Of a DNA stretch of 64,000 nucleotides, positions 23,376-37,023 are shown piece after piece. A program made the position numbers and the translations under genes. Position 1 is the stretch's first letter. Each line of letters begins with the position of its first letter. The DNA comes from Adineta vaga (lineage: Eukaryota > Animalia > Rotifera), in contig CP075493.1 of assembly GCA_021613535.1 (NCBI GenBank), positions 17,174,001 to 17,238,000 on the forward strand, given 5' to 3'. Under the pieces are notes generated by a model. The model ran no database searches. It worked only from the letters and a program-made list of their open reading frames with translations, and was not told where the DNA came from.

Positions 23376-23760
23376 CAGCAGTATTATTCAATTCTAGAAA
23401 TGTCTGGATTTCTTCATTGTATCGATGCAGTGACATATATATTTCCATAACTATCAAAACTCAACGTTGTTGGACTGTTCAACTGATTGGGCATTGAACC
23501 AGTGTGATTGTAACATTGAACGATGTGTTTCCTGCCACTATAATAGCCTGATTTTATCCTAATAGAATAGGTTGAACTCGATGGTTGTTACGATCTGCTA
23601 CGTATAAATCCGAATTGGTATCAAGAAAGATACTTCGAGGTTCATCCAACATATCTGGAGTAGATCCTGCAGTACCTGTACCAGTATTTGTATCAATGAA
23701 AATATCATTTGGATACGAATCAGTCGTGTTATAATATGTAAAAGTTGTACCATATTGCAT
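23376..23760 (-). pseudogene. NHL-repeat gene remnant
   Basis: GTAGSTPDMLDEPRSIFLDTNSDLYVADRNNHRVQ, then in another frame GSMPNQLNSPTTLSFDSYGNIYV. Internal deletions and frameshifts. Confidence 0.7.
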
Positions 23761-24364
23761 TGGAATGAAACTTTCAGTCGATCATACGAAAGTGCTAAAA
23801 GATAGAACAGAAATACATGACTAAGTAGATGATAAAATTTCGATAAATATTTATTGATGTCTTACTCGAAATTTGTTTCATAACCATCAAAATCATAATC
23901 CAAAGTTTGAAAAGATTATAGAGATCTTCATCGAAAATCGTTACACTTTCTTTCACAATGAACACGCAATAGCAAAATAAAACAATTAACTTTACTTGGA
24001 AAACTGAATATGTCAAAATTGTAATGAATCCAACAACTATTCACTGTTTATATTCTCTACTCGCCGACTTCTTTTCTTTTATTAGTAATCAATAATGTAT
24101 GTGTCCGGAAAAGGATCTTCTTTTCTACAATGTTAACTTTTTCCTGTAAATAAAATCAATTTTATTTGATCTTCGGTAGTTTTTTCTTTCTTTACAGAAA
24201 AAAATAGGCAATATTTTCAAATAAAGATGTGAGTTTTTATTGCGAATATGTAAACAAAAAAAAATTGAAATCGATACATTTTGTTCGTTTTATTTATTTT
24301 CAAAGTCATATTTGATAGAATTGTCTTTCATCTGAAATGTGAATAGAGGCTCATGTATTTTTTT

Positions 24365-27300
24365 TTATGATAAAATATCCAAAAGTCGTCGTATAGTCGT
24401 TTGATATCCAACTATAGATTTACGAAGTTCTTTTTTATAAAATTTTGATGGTATTACAAATATAAGAAAAGTAAGCATTACTGGAATAAATGAAACAAAA
24501 TATTCGGAAAGAAATAACCATGAATCATTCGTTGATTCCATACATTTTGATATATAAGAAATAATTAAACGTGGTAATGCAAGAATAACTAATGAAACAG
24601 GTGCTATAAATAAATGTTTATGTTCTCGATAATTTTCTTGTAAAACATCTTTAAAATTTCGTTTTTGTTGAATATTTGATTGTTGTTGAGATTCTTTTGT
24701 TATAAGAATAAGAGCTGAAATGAAATTAATAATAAATGGAACAAAAAATTGAAATGTATGTATAAAAGAATTATATGTTTGTAAACTCGATGATGAATAA
24801 GTTACAATACACCAAATTCGTTTTTCATTTTCATCTTCATCAAATTCATGAAATAAATGTCGATAAATGGGTTCATGAATAAATGTAAGAATATTGAAAA
24901 TGAAAAGAAATAAAATGATTAATTTGGCGAATTGTTTACTTTTCTTTTTAATAAAACGAGTACCTTGACTAATTGTTATTACTCGTTCACAAGCAACACA
25001 TGCATTTAACCATTGATCCATATGAAGACATATTCGAAGAAAATACATTGAATTTGTAAAAAGAATCGATTTGATACCGAATGCATTTGTATCAAAATAA
25101 AAATCCAGAATTTCAATCCAAGTAAAATTGTTATTATCAATGTTGTTATTGATGAACCTAATAAATATAAACCACAACCAGTTGTACGTAAATTGTTATT
25201 TTTAAATGTTATCATCGTAAGTATTCCATTATATAAATCTATGATGAGAAAGATAAGATTTAAAATAATACTTATTTTAATAATATTTGATTGATTAAAT
25301 AAACTAATTAATGGTTGAATATGATAAGCTAGAATTGTATCAATTGATAAACTATGTCCATTTGTATTAAATTGACATCGTTCTCCATAAAAACATGAAT
25401 GACAAAGACATGTTGATTTTTTCAAACAGTTTGATCCAATTTGAAAGCATTGACCATCATTAGCACATTCATTTTCTCTTGAACAACTACCTTTCATTGT
25501 ATGATTAAATTGAAAACAATTACTTAAACGTTGTCCATTATAATAATAATAACATAGACATAAATGAATATCATCATAAAAACATGAAATATTTAATTTA
25601 ACATTTTGACATAGTAAATGATAATATTTCATACGTCGAAGAAGATAATATTGTACAATTGTTTGATTAAATAATTCATTTATATGTGGACAACGATCTG
25701 TTAATTGAACTTGTTTAATTAATTTTATTTTATCAAATACATTATTTTGATTAGCAAGTAAATAAAAATTCTTTTTCAAATCTTCCATAAAAATAAGATT
25801 AAATAAATCCGACCAATAAATATTAGTTGAATATTTCATAGATAAAATTGTTTTAAATGTAGTAAATCGTTTTTTTACAAGATTTTTTCAATATGAAGAA
25901 AATGAATAAATATTGTTTTTAATAAAGAAATTTTTTTTTCAAATGATAAATTAATTTTATTATCTTCATATTCACAATAGTCACCACTAAAACCTTTTGA
26001 ACAAAGACATGTACACGGGTTTGTTGAATGTTTATTTAAATCAGGTAGAATACATTGACCATGATTATTACATATTCTCTTACCATTTAAACTACATATT
26101 CTCTCATCGATAAAACATCGAGGTCCAAATTTATGCATAGGACAAATACATATCGATCGATTATAAGCATCAATACCAAGACGTAATGAATCCGATGAAC
26201 ATACACAATTAATAATCGATGGAATATTACAATATTGTCCATACCAACCAGAATAACATTGACAGAAACTTTTTTCTTGTTCACTATTGAAATATTTCAA
26301 ACATTTTCCATGAATACATCGATGATTTCTCGGACAATGTTGACTATTAAAATCAGTTGGTGGAATATCAATTGTTAAATTAAAACGATGAACAGGTAAA
26401 AATAAATTTCTTATTGGAAACGATAAACTTCCACGATAATCGAATGTATTTTTTTCATAAATATCAATATGTATGAAATAATTCTTTTCTTGATCTTTTC
26501 TTCGTGTTGAATAAAGTAAATAATAAAATGATATTAATTGACAATCTCTTACAAATAAATAAGTTAATTGAATATGTGAATGAATAGTTCTTTCATTACT
26601 ATTATCAATAAGTTGAATGATTATTTCAAATAGAGTTTGTCGAGAATCTAAAAATGTTTGAAATTTAACAGATAAACTTACACGTTGATTTTGAAATTCA
26701 CAATGTGAACCATAATAACTTGGTGGACAAACACATATTAATTTTGATTAATTCATCCTGATTTAACCAAATGTGTAAAAGAAGTCCACGATGGCATGGA
26801 ATTTTCTCCTCAGATGTCGATCGTTTCGATATTTTCTATAAAATATCGAATGAAGAAAAATAACAAATTCTAATGAGAATTCTTTATTACATACATTTTG
26901 TTCATCAACTGCATTCAGACAATCAATTTGATCATCATTTATTTTATTATTGGATAAACATATTAACTGTTTTGTATGAATGGAAATACATTGATATTCA
27001 TTAGAAGAACAATTTGATATCAATGATTTAACACAATGAAATTCATCTTCACTATTTACACAATTCCAAAATCTATTACAACGTGTATATAAATTATTAC
27101 ATGGCCAAAAATCACATTCACTTTCATCAATTTCATTCCGTTCATGAATCAATTTTGGTAATAATTCAGTATGTCGATTACAAATGGATTGAAATAAAAC
27201 AGGATGTTTCTTTGGTTGACGACTGTTTTTATCATTCTCACATAAATAATATATATATTCACCATCATGTGGATATAGATCCCCTATACTTGGTATTTCA

Positions 27301-28589
27301 TTATCATTAGAACAATCGATTATAGGATATATGAGATTTGATTCAGATGACTTGATTGTTGGGCGTGAATTATATTGTTTAAATATATTGTATACTGATT
27401 GTAAATATTCAATGTTAAGTGACCGCTTCCGATCAGAAGAAGATGGAATATTCCCACGATAGCATTTTTTACCATTAAATAATACCATTGAATTACTAGC
27501 AAAATAATCGTCATAAAGTGAATTATTATAACAAATATAAGGTTCTCGAAAACTTCCTTTACATAATTCAAATACATCAGTTTTCTCATAAGCAAAATAA
27601 ATATTATTAAATAGAATTGGAATAACTGGTATATAGAACATATCTGAACGATTATTTTCAATCCAATTTAGACATTCATTATCCCAACAGAAATTATTAC
27701 AATGCGAAGATAGAGACTTATCTATTATCGAAAGGAGACATATGAATGCTAACATACAATTAGACGATACAGAACCATCATTAATAGACAACATCGCTTC
27801 AAATAACCGCTCTTGACGTCCTCGGACGCAAGAACTTGTCAGAACTAAGTTATGACATTTTGCATCTTCAACTAAGAGAGTTGGTAGAATTCCTTCTTTT
27901 CTATCATTGGTATATCTTGTGTCTATTCGTTCATAGACTGGATCGTTAATGTCTACTTCAGAACAATATTCTTCATCAAATGGACCATTTAAACAATCTA
28001 CTTTTCCATTACAAACTTCAGTCCAATCCAAACAGACTTTCGATGAATAAAGATCACACTGGATAAAGATATAACAAGTCAATGTTTCTGAAAAAGGTTG
28101 GACAGCATAAAAATCTTTCACATAAACTGTTATATCATCACTATATAACTCTTGATTAAACTGATATTGACACATTGAACCAAATCTATTTTCTGTACAA
28201 TTGTAGAAAATTTCTTCTTTTATTTCATTACTTGATATTTCAAGGTTATTTAAATATAATTGATAATGTTCGATAAGATCAATTGGTGCAAACCAAGAAT
28301 ATAAATCTCCATTGCTTATATTTCTTTTAGAAAGTTCAGCAAAAGTAAAATTCGAAGTATAACCACTAGGTTTCACATGAAACTTTGGTGATAGTTCATT
28401 CATACAATAAGAAAATGATTCAAATGTTCTGATAGGTTTGTTTTCATCCAGATGAACATAGAAACAATCATAATATAGCGCATTCTTACCATTGTTATTT
28501 ATTACATCTGTATTATATAAATACAGATTAGGTATTGCAATAATCGAATGTAAAAGAATAAAATACAATGAATAAATTGCAGAAAACAT
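24365..28589 (-). pseudogene. LDLa + EGF + rhodopsin-like 7TM receptor gene, frameshifted
   Basis: Signal peptide, LDLa repeats (CLDWTEVCNGKVDC..DE, CNRFWNC..EDE), EGF repeats (CQCYSGWYGQYC, CLCSKGFSGDYCE) and a 7TM region (WLNACVACER, LALPRLIIS). Broken by frameshifts near 26800, 25870 and 25150. Confidence 0.8.
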
Positions 28590-29379
28590 TATTTCATTAA
28601 GAAATTGAGAAGAATCATTAGGCTTTATATTCTCTTCGTTTTCTATGACGTCAATTTTTGGTGAACTTTTTAGATAACAAGTATCGCATACGCAATAAGT
28701 TGATGTATTTTCCTGATTATTTTTTGTGATTAATTAAGGTTTTTCTCTGTCCTTATTAAGATCAATGTACAATTTTTATTGATATCTGATCATTCATGGT
28801 ATATGCACATGTTTCCACGGTTTTATTATTTAAAATAGAAAAAATATGTTAATTATTGCAAACTTTTTTTGGCGTTTATTTAAGCACTACTTCAAAATGA
28901 TCATCAGTGTCTATTGGATTCCTTTTCTGGATTAGTCGACTCATATATTTATTTCATTAGAAGAATTTTAATAAATAAGCAAAATAAATGTTCTGCGAAT
29001 AAAGATTTTTAAATATAAACCGCGAAAATAATTAACCATAGCATTAAAGATGGAACAAGAGTTTTTGTTGAGTGTGATACCATCGGTTTACTTGTTAAAA
29101 TCGCAGCATATTTTGTCGTTGTTTCTGATTCTTAAAAACATAAATCGAAAAAAAAATGATGAAATTTAGTTCTTGCACAGAAGCACGAACATCCGATGTT
29201 CGTCGAAAAACTCCTATTTTTATAGTTCAACATGTTTTCTGAGAAAGTTATATATGAACTTCTCGTCATACAAAATAGTATTATTGAAACAACATCTCAA
29301 GTAATAATACGAAATCTAACCATATATATTTTATCCCTTTAATCTTAGTATAGGGCTATGAAAAACACTCGGTCGACAC

Positions 29380-32350
29380 TTACCACATGATCTTTCCGAA
29401 TAAAAAAATTTTTGAATTCGACGATTATTCGAATCAGCAACATAAATGTTTCCATAACTATCAAAAGCCATTTGTTGTGGTCCCAACAATTTATAAGACT
29501 CCCCATGTAACACTGAAACGCAGAAAAAACGCGTTTAGACGCGTTTAGTCTGCGTTTGAACGCGTTTAGTGTTTCAAATGATACATGTACCGCGTCTAAA
29601 CGCATCCTATGGGCGCGTTCGAACGCATTCCTAGTAGAAATGCGTCCAGACGCACATGAAACACAAACGCGTTTGGTTTCTATATCGCGTTTTTGCCCGT
29701 TTTCAGAGACGAAAGCGTTTAGACGCGTTTAAAGCACGCGTTCTGCTGCGTTTGGACTGAGAGAACGTTTAAACGCGTCTGAAGCACGCGTCGTGATGCG
29801 TTTGAATTGAGAAAGCGTTTAGACGCGTCTGATGTGTGCGTTCTAACGCGTTTGAACTAAGAAACGCGATTAAACGCGTTTGGAGTAGGGACGCGTTTCA
29901 CTGCTGTTGATATTCAAATGCGTTTTAGGGATAATCTGGATGATAAACGCGTTCAAACGCATTTTAGATGAGAATGGATTTCGATAGAAAAGGTCTGAAA
30001 ACGACTTTTTGATATAAAGACAAACCTATGGCTTTAGAATAGATTTTTGCGTTTGTTTCAATCAGTTTGAGGGTTATTATTGATCAAATACGACGCATCA
30101 AATATTTTTATATAATTGTGTCATCTTAGAATAGAAGTTAATATCTTTATCATACAGACAATTTTATCTTTGTGTTCATTGAAATTCTGTTCTTTAGTCA
30201 GAAGTTTCAGTTTAAATTACGCAAATGAGGAAAACAAGTATTTAATTAAAAATACGAATCGCAGATGTAGAATAGACATAAAAATAATGATTTTTATACA
30301 CAAAAATTAAGTATAAATGATCTTTTAGCATTATTGATTGGAAAGAAAACCAATCAAATGTGCAAAGAAGTTTATCAACAAAATAGTAGAACTCAAGGAA
30401 ATAAAAGGTTTATTTATAAATAATATTCACATAATTCTCATTTTTCTTTTGTTTTTCATTTAATATTTAGAAAACAAAGAGTTTACTATTGTTATTATAT
30501 ATAAATAAATATATTTCGTTTTTGATCTTGTAGAAAAGAAAATATCAGATAATAATTATTCAGTTGTAATTATTTATATTATTGAATTTAATTTATATTT
30601 CATATTTTAATGGATCTTTTTACGAAATATTGTTAAAACTATAAGATTTTTGTTTACATTTGAATTAAATATAAAAAATAGAAAGATAAACTTATTTCTC
30701 CGTCGAAATAAATTTTTTTTCATAATAGTTCAAAAAAATGATTCTCGAATTTTTATGTTTTTTTGTATTATTAAAATTCGAATAAGATTCATATTTTTCT
30801 TAAATAATTCTATTTCATACTTCAATTACCTTATTTGTTTTCCAATATAGATCAAAATAAACTAAATATGAAAATATATACGAGTTTTGATAAAAGATGG
30901 TTTTTGTTATTGAACTAAATATTAATTAATTATCAATATCAGAAAATATGTAATCTAATCTAAAATACAATTCTTTGCTATAAAGACATTTATTATCTAA
31001 GTAGAATTGAATTTTAAAATGATATCTATATGTAAATGATAGTTCATCGAGCATATATGGCTCAATCGTAAGTCACTTGTTTTCTATTCACATGTTCATA
31101 TGTTCTAGTCTCGTTCATCGCACAAATCAAAATTAATTATGTAAGTCATAAAATATATTCTATACTATGCCTCTAGGATAGAGATGACCATCATGAGGTT
31201 CTGATGGTGACGTAGGTCAAATCTACGAGTACAAAAAAATATTTTTTTTTGCAATTTTTTCGAAACGCGTCTGACGCGTCAGGTGTTTCATAAATTATTC
31301 GGATGCGTTTGAACGCGTTTTGTTTTCGAGTGCGTCTAAACGCATCTGTGAAACGCATCTGAACGCATCCTCGAAACGCATCTAGACGCATCAGATGTTT
31401 CATGTAGGACGCGTCCAGATGCGTTTATAAGACGCGTTTCGGATGCGTTTTCAAACGCGTTTATAACCAAAAAAATTTCACATGGGTCTTTACCACCAGC
31501 TGCACATCCAAGTATACATCGAAAATCAAATGATCCACCACGAATAATACGATTATTATCTTGATCAACAATGTATAAATAACCATCACCATCAATGGTG
31601 ATCCCAGTCGGATTCTTGAGAATAATTGTAGGTTTGATCGATTTCTCGCCTACAACAGTCGTTGCATTCGTTTGTTCTGATTGAAACAACTGTATTCGAT
31701 TATTAAAACAATCAGCAACATACAAATTAGAATTGAGATCAACAAAAATTCCACATGGACCATTCAAGGTACGAGAAGACATGCCAGAAACACCAGTGCC
31801 AGCTATGGTAATTGGCATTGTGCCATTGTCACCTAACCATTTTTTCATAATTTTATGATGAGTATCTAATGAACAGTATAAATAGTTGCTAATATCAATA
31901 AAAAGAGCATAACATAATTCAGGAATATCCATCTGGTAATTGTAGGTTTGGGCAGGAGTGTTTGAACATAAATTTCATTATCATTTTGAACAAAAATTGA
32001 CTTTGTGATAACTGGAGTGGGTAACATAATTTTCGTGAGCTTAATCAAGTAATTGAACGAAACATAAATACCAGATAATTCATCTCCACCAATATAAATT
32101 GAGTTATTAGTTGTAATAAATATAGAATATGGACGTATGTCATCCAGTGTTGGAAAATTTGTTTCATACGAATTCCAGCTTGCTGATGCGCAAAGTTTTG
32201 GTTGATTAAATGACAAACCTTCATGAAATTTTCAAGAATATTTATCGTATTATGAACAAGAAGCAAAGTATCGGATTTTTTATTTACCGGACAATAGTCG
32301 GATCATAGAGAGAATTAAACATAATTTGAAATTCTCAATTGAAATCATTG
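29380..32350 (-). pseudogene. NHL-repeat protein gene split by a transposon
   Basis: SFNQPKLCASASW start region and NHL repeats (LYVADCFNNRIQ, YLYIVDQDNNRI). Removing 29502-31486 plus one TC copy restores GCAAGGKE-SYKLLGPQQMAFDSYGNIYVAD. There is an additional frameshift near 31935. Confidence 0.85.
29502..31486. mobile_element. Non-autonomous CMC/CACTA-type DNA transposon, about 2 kb
   Basis: Termini CCCATGT...ACATGGG with a 2-bp TSD TC (29500-29501 and 31487-31488). Both ends carry dense ACGCGT/ACGCAT subterminal repeats around an AT-rich non-coding core. Confidence 0.85.
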
Positions 32351-33080
32351 TATTTCACAAGGAATGATGATCTCAAGTTGTTGCACTTTTTATAAAAACA
32401 AAATTGATTTTATTATCATTACTAAAATAGAAAACGGTAAATGAAAGGAATGTTCTCACCAGATATTTTAAAACTCAATAGTAATCAGAACGTGCTTTTC
32501 ACACACATACGACTAGAATCACTCATTTTCAATCGAAGTTTCGGAGAATGTTCTGATGGAAATCAAAATTTGTGTTACTACATATTCTCTTAGACAAAAA
32601 GTAAAAATTTTAATGAAAAATAATATCATATGTCGCATAAATAGAAAATATATTTATTATGTATTTAAGAATTAAATCCGGTAGAAAAAAGGTGTTTTTT
32701 CATTGATAAAAATAATATGTGCACAATTTATGTTCATATCAGTATTAATTGAGAGAAAACGAATTATAGAAACAAAACTATGCTCAGTCGCTTTTCTGTA
32801 AAAAGAGTTTCTGAATTTCAAAAAATGAATAATTGGTGGAAAAATTTCAGATAATAACAGAATATACAGATATACTAAATTGATATAGGAAAAATATTGA
32901 TACGAAATCGTGTCTTAGTCCAATTGGGTAAAATTGCCATCTGAATATTCTGAAAATATCTCACCAAAACCTTAACAAAAGGAGAGAAAGCATTACAGAA
33001 AGACGTCATTACACCAATGTTTTCTTACGTCAGTATAAAAGACAGTGGATTCGAGTATTTTCGGCTAATATTTGCTTATA

Positions 33081-33124
33081 AGGGTGTGGGTAGTTCTCTT
33101 TTCTTCACCCACACCCACACTCTT
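33081..33124. repeat. Inverted telomeric cassette
   Basis: AGGGTGTGGGT-AGTTCTCTTTTCTT-CACCCACACCCACACTCT. Confidence 0.8.
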
Positions 33125-33126
33125 AG

Positions 33127-33350
33127 ATCATTGAATTTTGCAATTATCATAAAAATGATCTTTAACCAGAATTTGCTCATGATAATGATCCAAATAGGGA
33201 TATTTATGAACCTAAACGGTATAATGATTGTGAAGATTTCTGCTTGAAAAAATAGAACAATAAAATATTTTGTTTTATAGAACTGATGATATTAGTGAAT
33301 GAGATTTAAACTTTATACGACAATTTACTGTACAAGATGGGACAACTTTT
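33127..33350 (+). pseudogene. Skp1-like fragment
   Basis: Not in the ORF track. IIEFCNYHKNDL*PE..D.D....KR, an intron at about 33219-33280, then TDDISE*DLNFI..QDGTTF. This matches the Skp1 pattern WC.HHKDD...KRTDDI..WD..F...DQGTLF with two in-frame stops. Confidence 0.6.
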
Positions 33351-34359
33351 TGTTCTATATTTCTATGCATATCAGAGTAGAATTTTCTTAGAATCAAATC
33401 ATCTCAAGAACAAGGGGAAATATTTAACATTTCATATGATCCACCATGTGATGATACAAATGTCATTTCCAATGAATTGGCGGATACATCTGCTTGTAAT
33501 GACATTGAAGTTACTAATGAAAATATGTCAACAAACCAATAAAACGTATCATAATTAGAAAATTAAAATACAAATCTTGAAGTTCACTATGAACCGATAA
33601 GTTTTTAATCGTAAAATAAAGCTAAAATCTAGGTTATAATGATAAACATTCAATTGCGCTTTTACAAGATGAATATACGTTTTTTTCACCTCGTTATACA
33701 CTCCTTTCTCTCTATTTCTTTGACATAGCGTAATTCATTGAAGTAGAAATACAAATCATCAGCGAAAATTATCATATAAAATAAATTTATTCATGTATAT
33801 ACAAGCGGAAGCTAACAAACAATTAGTCATTAATTTTTAGCCGAAAGTTTTTCTTCATAATATAAAAATCGTTAAATATAGAAGATCTAATACTTAGATC
33901 AATTTTCATTCTATAGAAATGAAAAATTATGTTTGTAAAACAATTTCAAATATATTTAAAGACAAAATAATCGAAGAACTAAAGGAAGTATTAAATCTTT
34001 CATATATATTCCATCGACAACAATTACAAACACTTGGTTTTCTTGAACCTGATATTAATACTAAATAATTACTAATAACTTGTATAGAGAACTTGATAAA
34101 TAACATTCATAATGAACTATTGTTAAGAATATCATGTAAATGTCACATTTTGCACTAAATATATATATATATTTTATTAATCTTTTATATGATCTGTCGC
34201 TTAACTTATTCTGTAAAAAAGAATTAATTTTTAATTGAAAAAGAATCTCTAAATGTAGACAGAAAGGAAATGATCAAACATTAAAAAATTAGATTATTTA
34301 AGCATATTTTACAATTTGTATAAACTTTAAAGAGAAAAAGTCATTTCTATTAAAAAAAG

Positions 34360-35411
34360 ATGTCTTCATCTTCATCGTCAATTTCAACATTGAATTTAAT
34401 TTCTCAACAAATCTTTATCTATGTAGGTTTAACTAGTTTTATTCTTGGAATAATCGGTGGATGTTCAAATATATTTATTTTCTCAAGTCTTCAAACATTT
34501 CGACAAAATTCCTGTTCATGTCATCTTATTTTTATGTCTATCTTTAATATACTTCAATTAATTGTTGGCTTTTTAAATCAAATTTTACAAATTGGTTTAA
34601 ATATTTCTTGGATATTCAATACAATATTCTTTTGTCAATGGAGATCATATTGGCTTTCAACATGTATATCAATTACAATAACAAGTACATGTTTGGCAAC
34701 GATTGATCAATATTGGGCAACTTGTTCTCGTCCTAAATGGAGAAAATGGTGTAATGTTAAATTAGCATTTTATTTAAATATTATTTCAATTATCTTTTGG
34801 CATTTACATTATATTCCATCTTTAGTTTTTTCTCAACTTGTTATTCCTTCAACTACAAATCGAACAACATGTCTTATAATAAATGATATTTATCGACAAT
34901 ATCGTGATTATATTGTAATACCTTTGATTAATAGATTAATACCATTAACATTTACATTTATATTTGGTTTATTATCTTATTTGAATGTTCAACAAATTGC
35001 ATATCGAACAATTCCAATTGTTCGACGTCAATTAGATAAACAATTAACAACTATGGTATTAGTACAAGTAATATTTATTTGTTTAACATTTACACCATAT
35101 TTTATTATTTATTTAATCATAACTTATAGTAATCTTACAAAAGATTCAACTATGGTGGCAATATTAAATTTAATAAACAATCTTATTTTATGTTTATATT
35201 ATATTTATTGTTCTGTAAGTATTCCTAACTTTGTATGAATATCTTTTGATTAATACGTATATGTATGTGATAGAATCCATTTTATATCTATTTGTGCGTA
35301 TCAGAACGATTTCGTCGACAATTTCTTTATGTATTTAATCGTATTCGTACAAATCAATGTATTCGACGACATCAAAGACCTGCAAATCAAATAATGCCAG
35401 AGAACTTATAA
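34360..35411 (+). CDS. Orphan rhodopsin-like GPCR, 2 exons
   Basis: Seven hydrophobic segments with the motifs GIIGG.SNI, CLATIDQY and QLTTMVLVQ. Intron 35215-35273 supplies the NPFYIY (NPxxY) exon ending in TAA at 35411. Confidence 0.9.
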
Positions 35412-35425
35412 ATATTTATTTTCAA

Positions 35426-35490
35426 TCTTTGAGAATGGGTGTGGGTGTTAGTATTACATCTATATAATATTCGCACCCATACCTTCAAGA
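35426..35490. repeat. Inverted telomeric cassette just 3' of the GPCR stop
   Basis: TCTTTGAGAATGGGTGTGGGTGT ... GCACCCATACCTTCAAGA. Confidence 0.7.
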
Positions 35491-36386
35491 ATCGAACTAA
35501 ATATTTGTTATTTCGTTTATTCTGATTAAAAACAAACAATCGTTTATCACATCAGTAATAATACAAAGAGTAAACAAACAGATATACTTTCTTTTTCTTT
35601 TTCCTTTTATTTTGATACGATTGATTGCTTTTTCTTTAGAATTGTGTATAACTTATGCTACATATTATACAGTACAGTGTAAAAATAAATCATCGTTTAA
35701 TACATTGTTTTTATTCGAATAAAATCAAATGAAAATGATTAATGTCCTAAAGTTGTTAACATACACCATAGCAGCATCATTTGGTGAATTCTGATTTATT
35801 TCTAATCGAATTACATTTTATATTGAATTAAATATGAAAATAAATAATTTCTAATGATTAGCTAATGAACTTTTATTGAAAATATTTAAATATTTCGATA
35901 TAATTCATTTTCGAACTATATTGAAGAGAAATTTTCATATAATTTGTTAAGAATACCTCCCAACAATGCATGATCAATAATATAAATTCATTACAGATTT
36001 CAAATGATAATGATACTCTCGAATAAATAAATCTTTTATTTTCTAATTTTTTAATCATCGTCGTTTTATGTATTCATAAAAATGAAATTATAAGAATTAA
36101 TAAATCGATATTGATGTTACATATAATAGATTTTCGTGAATAATTAAAACATCTGTTTGTAATATAAATATACATATAAATGAAGTATTCACATATTTTT
36201 TGTATAATTTCTTACTTGTGTAGGAATCATTAGGTCTTTATAATATTTATTTAATTTGACTCGATTATTTATAATAAAATCAGATTTTATTTATGAAAGT
36301 TATCTAGAAAAAAAATTTTATTCGTAAGTTGTATTTGGAATTTATCAAATTTATCTTCTTGTCATTTGAATGATATGAAAGGTGTG

Positions 36387-36608
36387 TGTGACGATTTTAG
36401 ATAGAAGAGGCTCTAGCGCTGATGGTATTACGCTTTCCTTTGTTTCTTCATATCATATATCGCATCGTTCTCACATAAAACAGTCACTTATATACACTTC
36501 CGAAAGAGAAAAGGACAAAGGATTATAAGAATAAAGTACAACATAAGGACAAAGCGCAATGTAAGGACAAATATCAGCACATGCGACGCTTTTCACTGAT
36601 TCGTCACA
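36387..36608 (+). mobile_element. About 220-bp TG...CA repeat, solo-LTR-like (copy 1)
   Basis: Termini TGTGACGA...TCGTCACA, with internal TATATA and AATAAA. Highly similar to 48099-48319. Confidence 0.6.
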
Positions 36609-36663
36609 TCTTGAGGGTGTGGGTGGTACATTTATTCATCAATTTTATTTACACCCATACCCA
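36607..36663. repeat. Inverted telomeric cassette with CATCTTGA extension
   Basis: CATCTTGAGGGTGTGGGTGG-spacer-TACACCCATACCCA. Confidence 0.8.
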
Positions 36664-36664
36664 T

Positions 36665-37023
36665 ATTGGATGGGATTTAATCCGAACAAGTGTTTTAGAA
36701 TTATTGGCATCTGCACCTTTTACTGTAGATCGAATACATTTCAAGAATCATGTAGGAAGTTTTTATCGATTAGAAATAAATCCTGATAAAAATCGATGTA
36801 AGTTTAGTTCTGAAATTCCAGTTCGAATGAATTAATATATATCTTTTAGTATTAGATAGTGTTAATACTGAAGCAGCAGAATAATGCTTTTCATGGTTGA
36901 AAAGATATGCATCAATCATTTCAAGTGTGAATTGGCTACGAGCTCTTGTTTATATGCTGACCTTGTTTCATTTGAGAAATTTGTCTTATGTACGACGTAA
37001 ACCATCTGATGTCTTTTCTGTAG
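36665..37023 (+). mobile_element. KDZ (Kyakuja-Dileera-Zisupton)-like transposase C-terminal fragment
   Basis: FTVDRIHFKNHV....EINPDKNR, an intron, then LDSVNTEAAE*CFSWLKRY. This matches the KDZ pattern D.FH..NH...NP...NTE.AEQ.FSWL. Confidence 0.6.

Noticed and set aside
29514-29960. ACGCGT clusters as MCB cell-cycle promoter elements or a CRISPR
   Set aside because: They are the subterminal repeats of an element that interrupts a coding exon.
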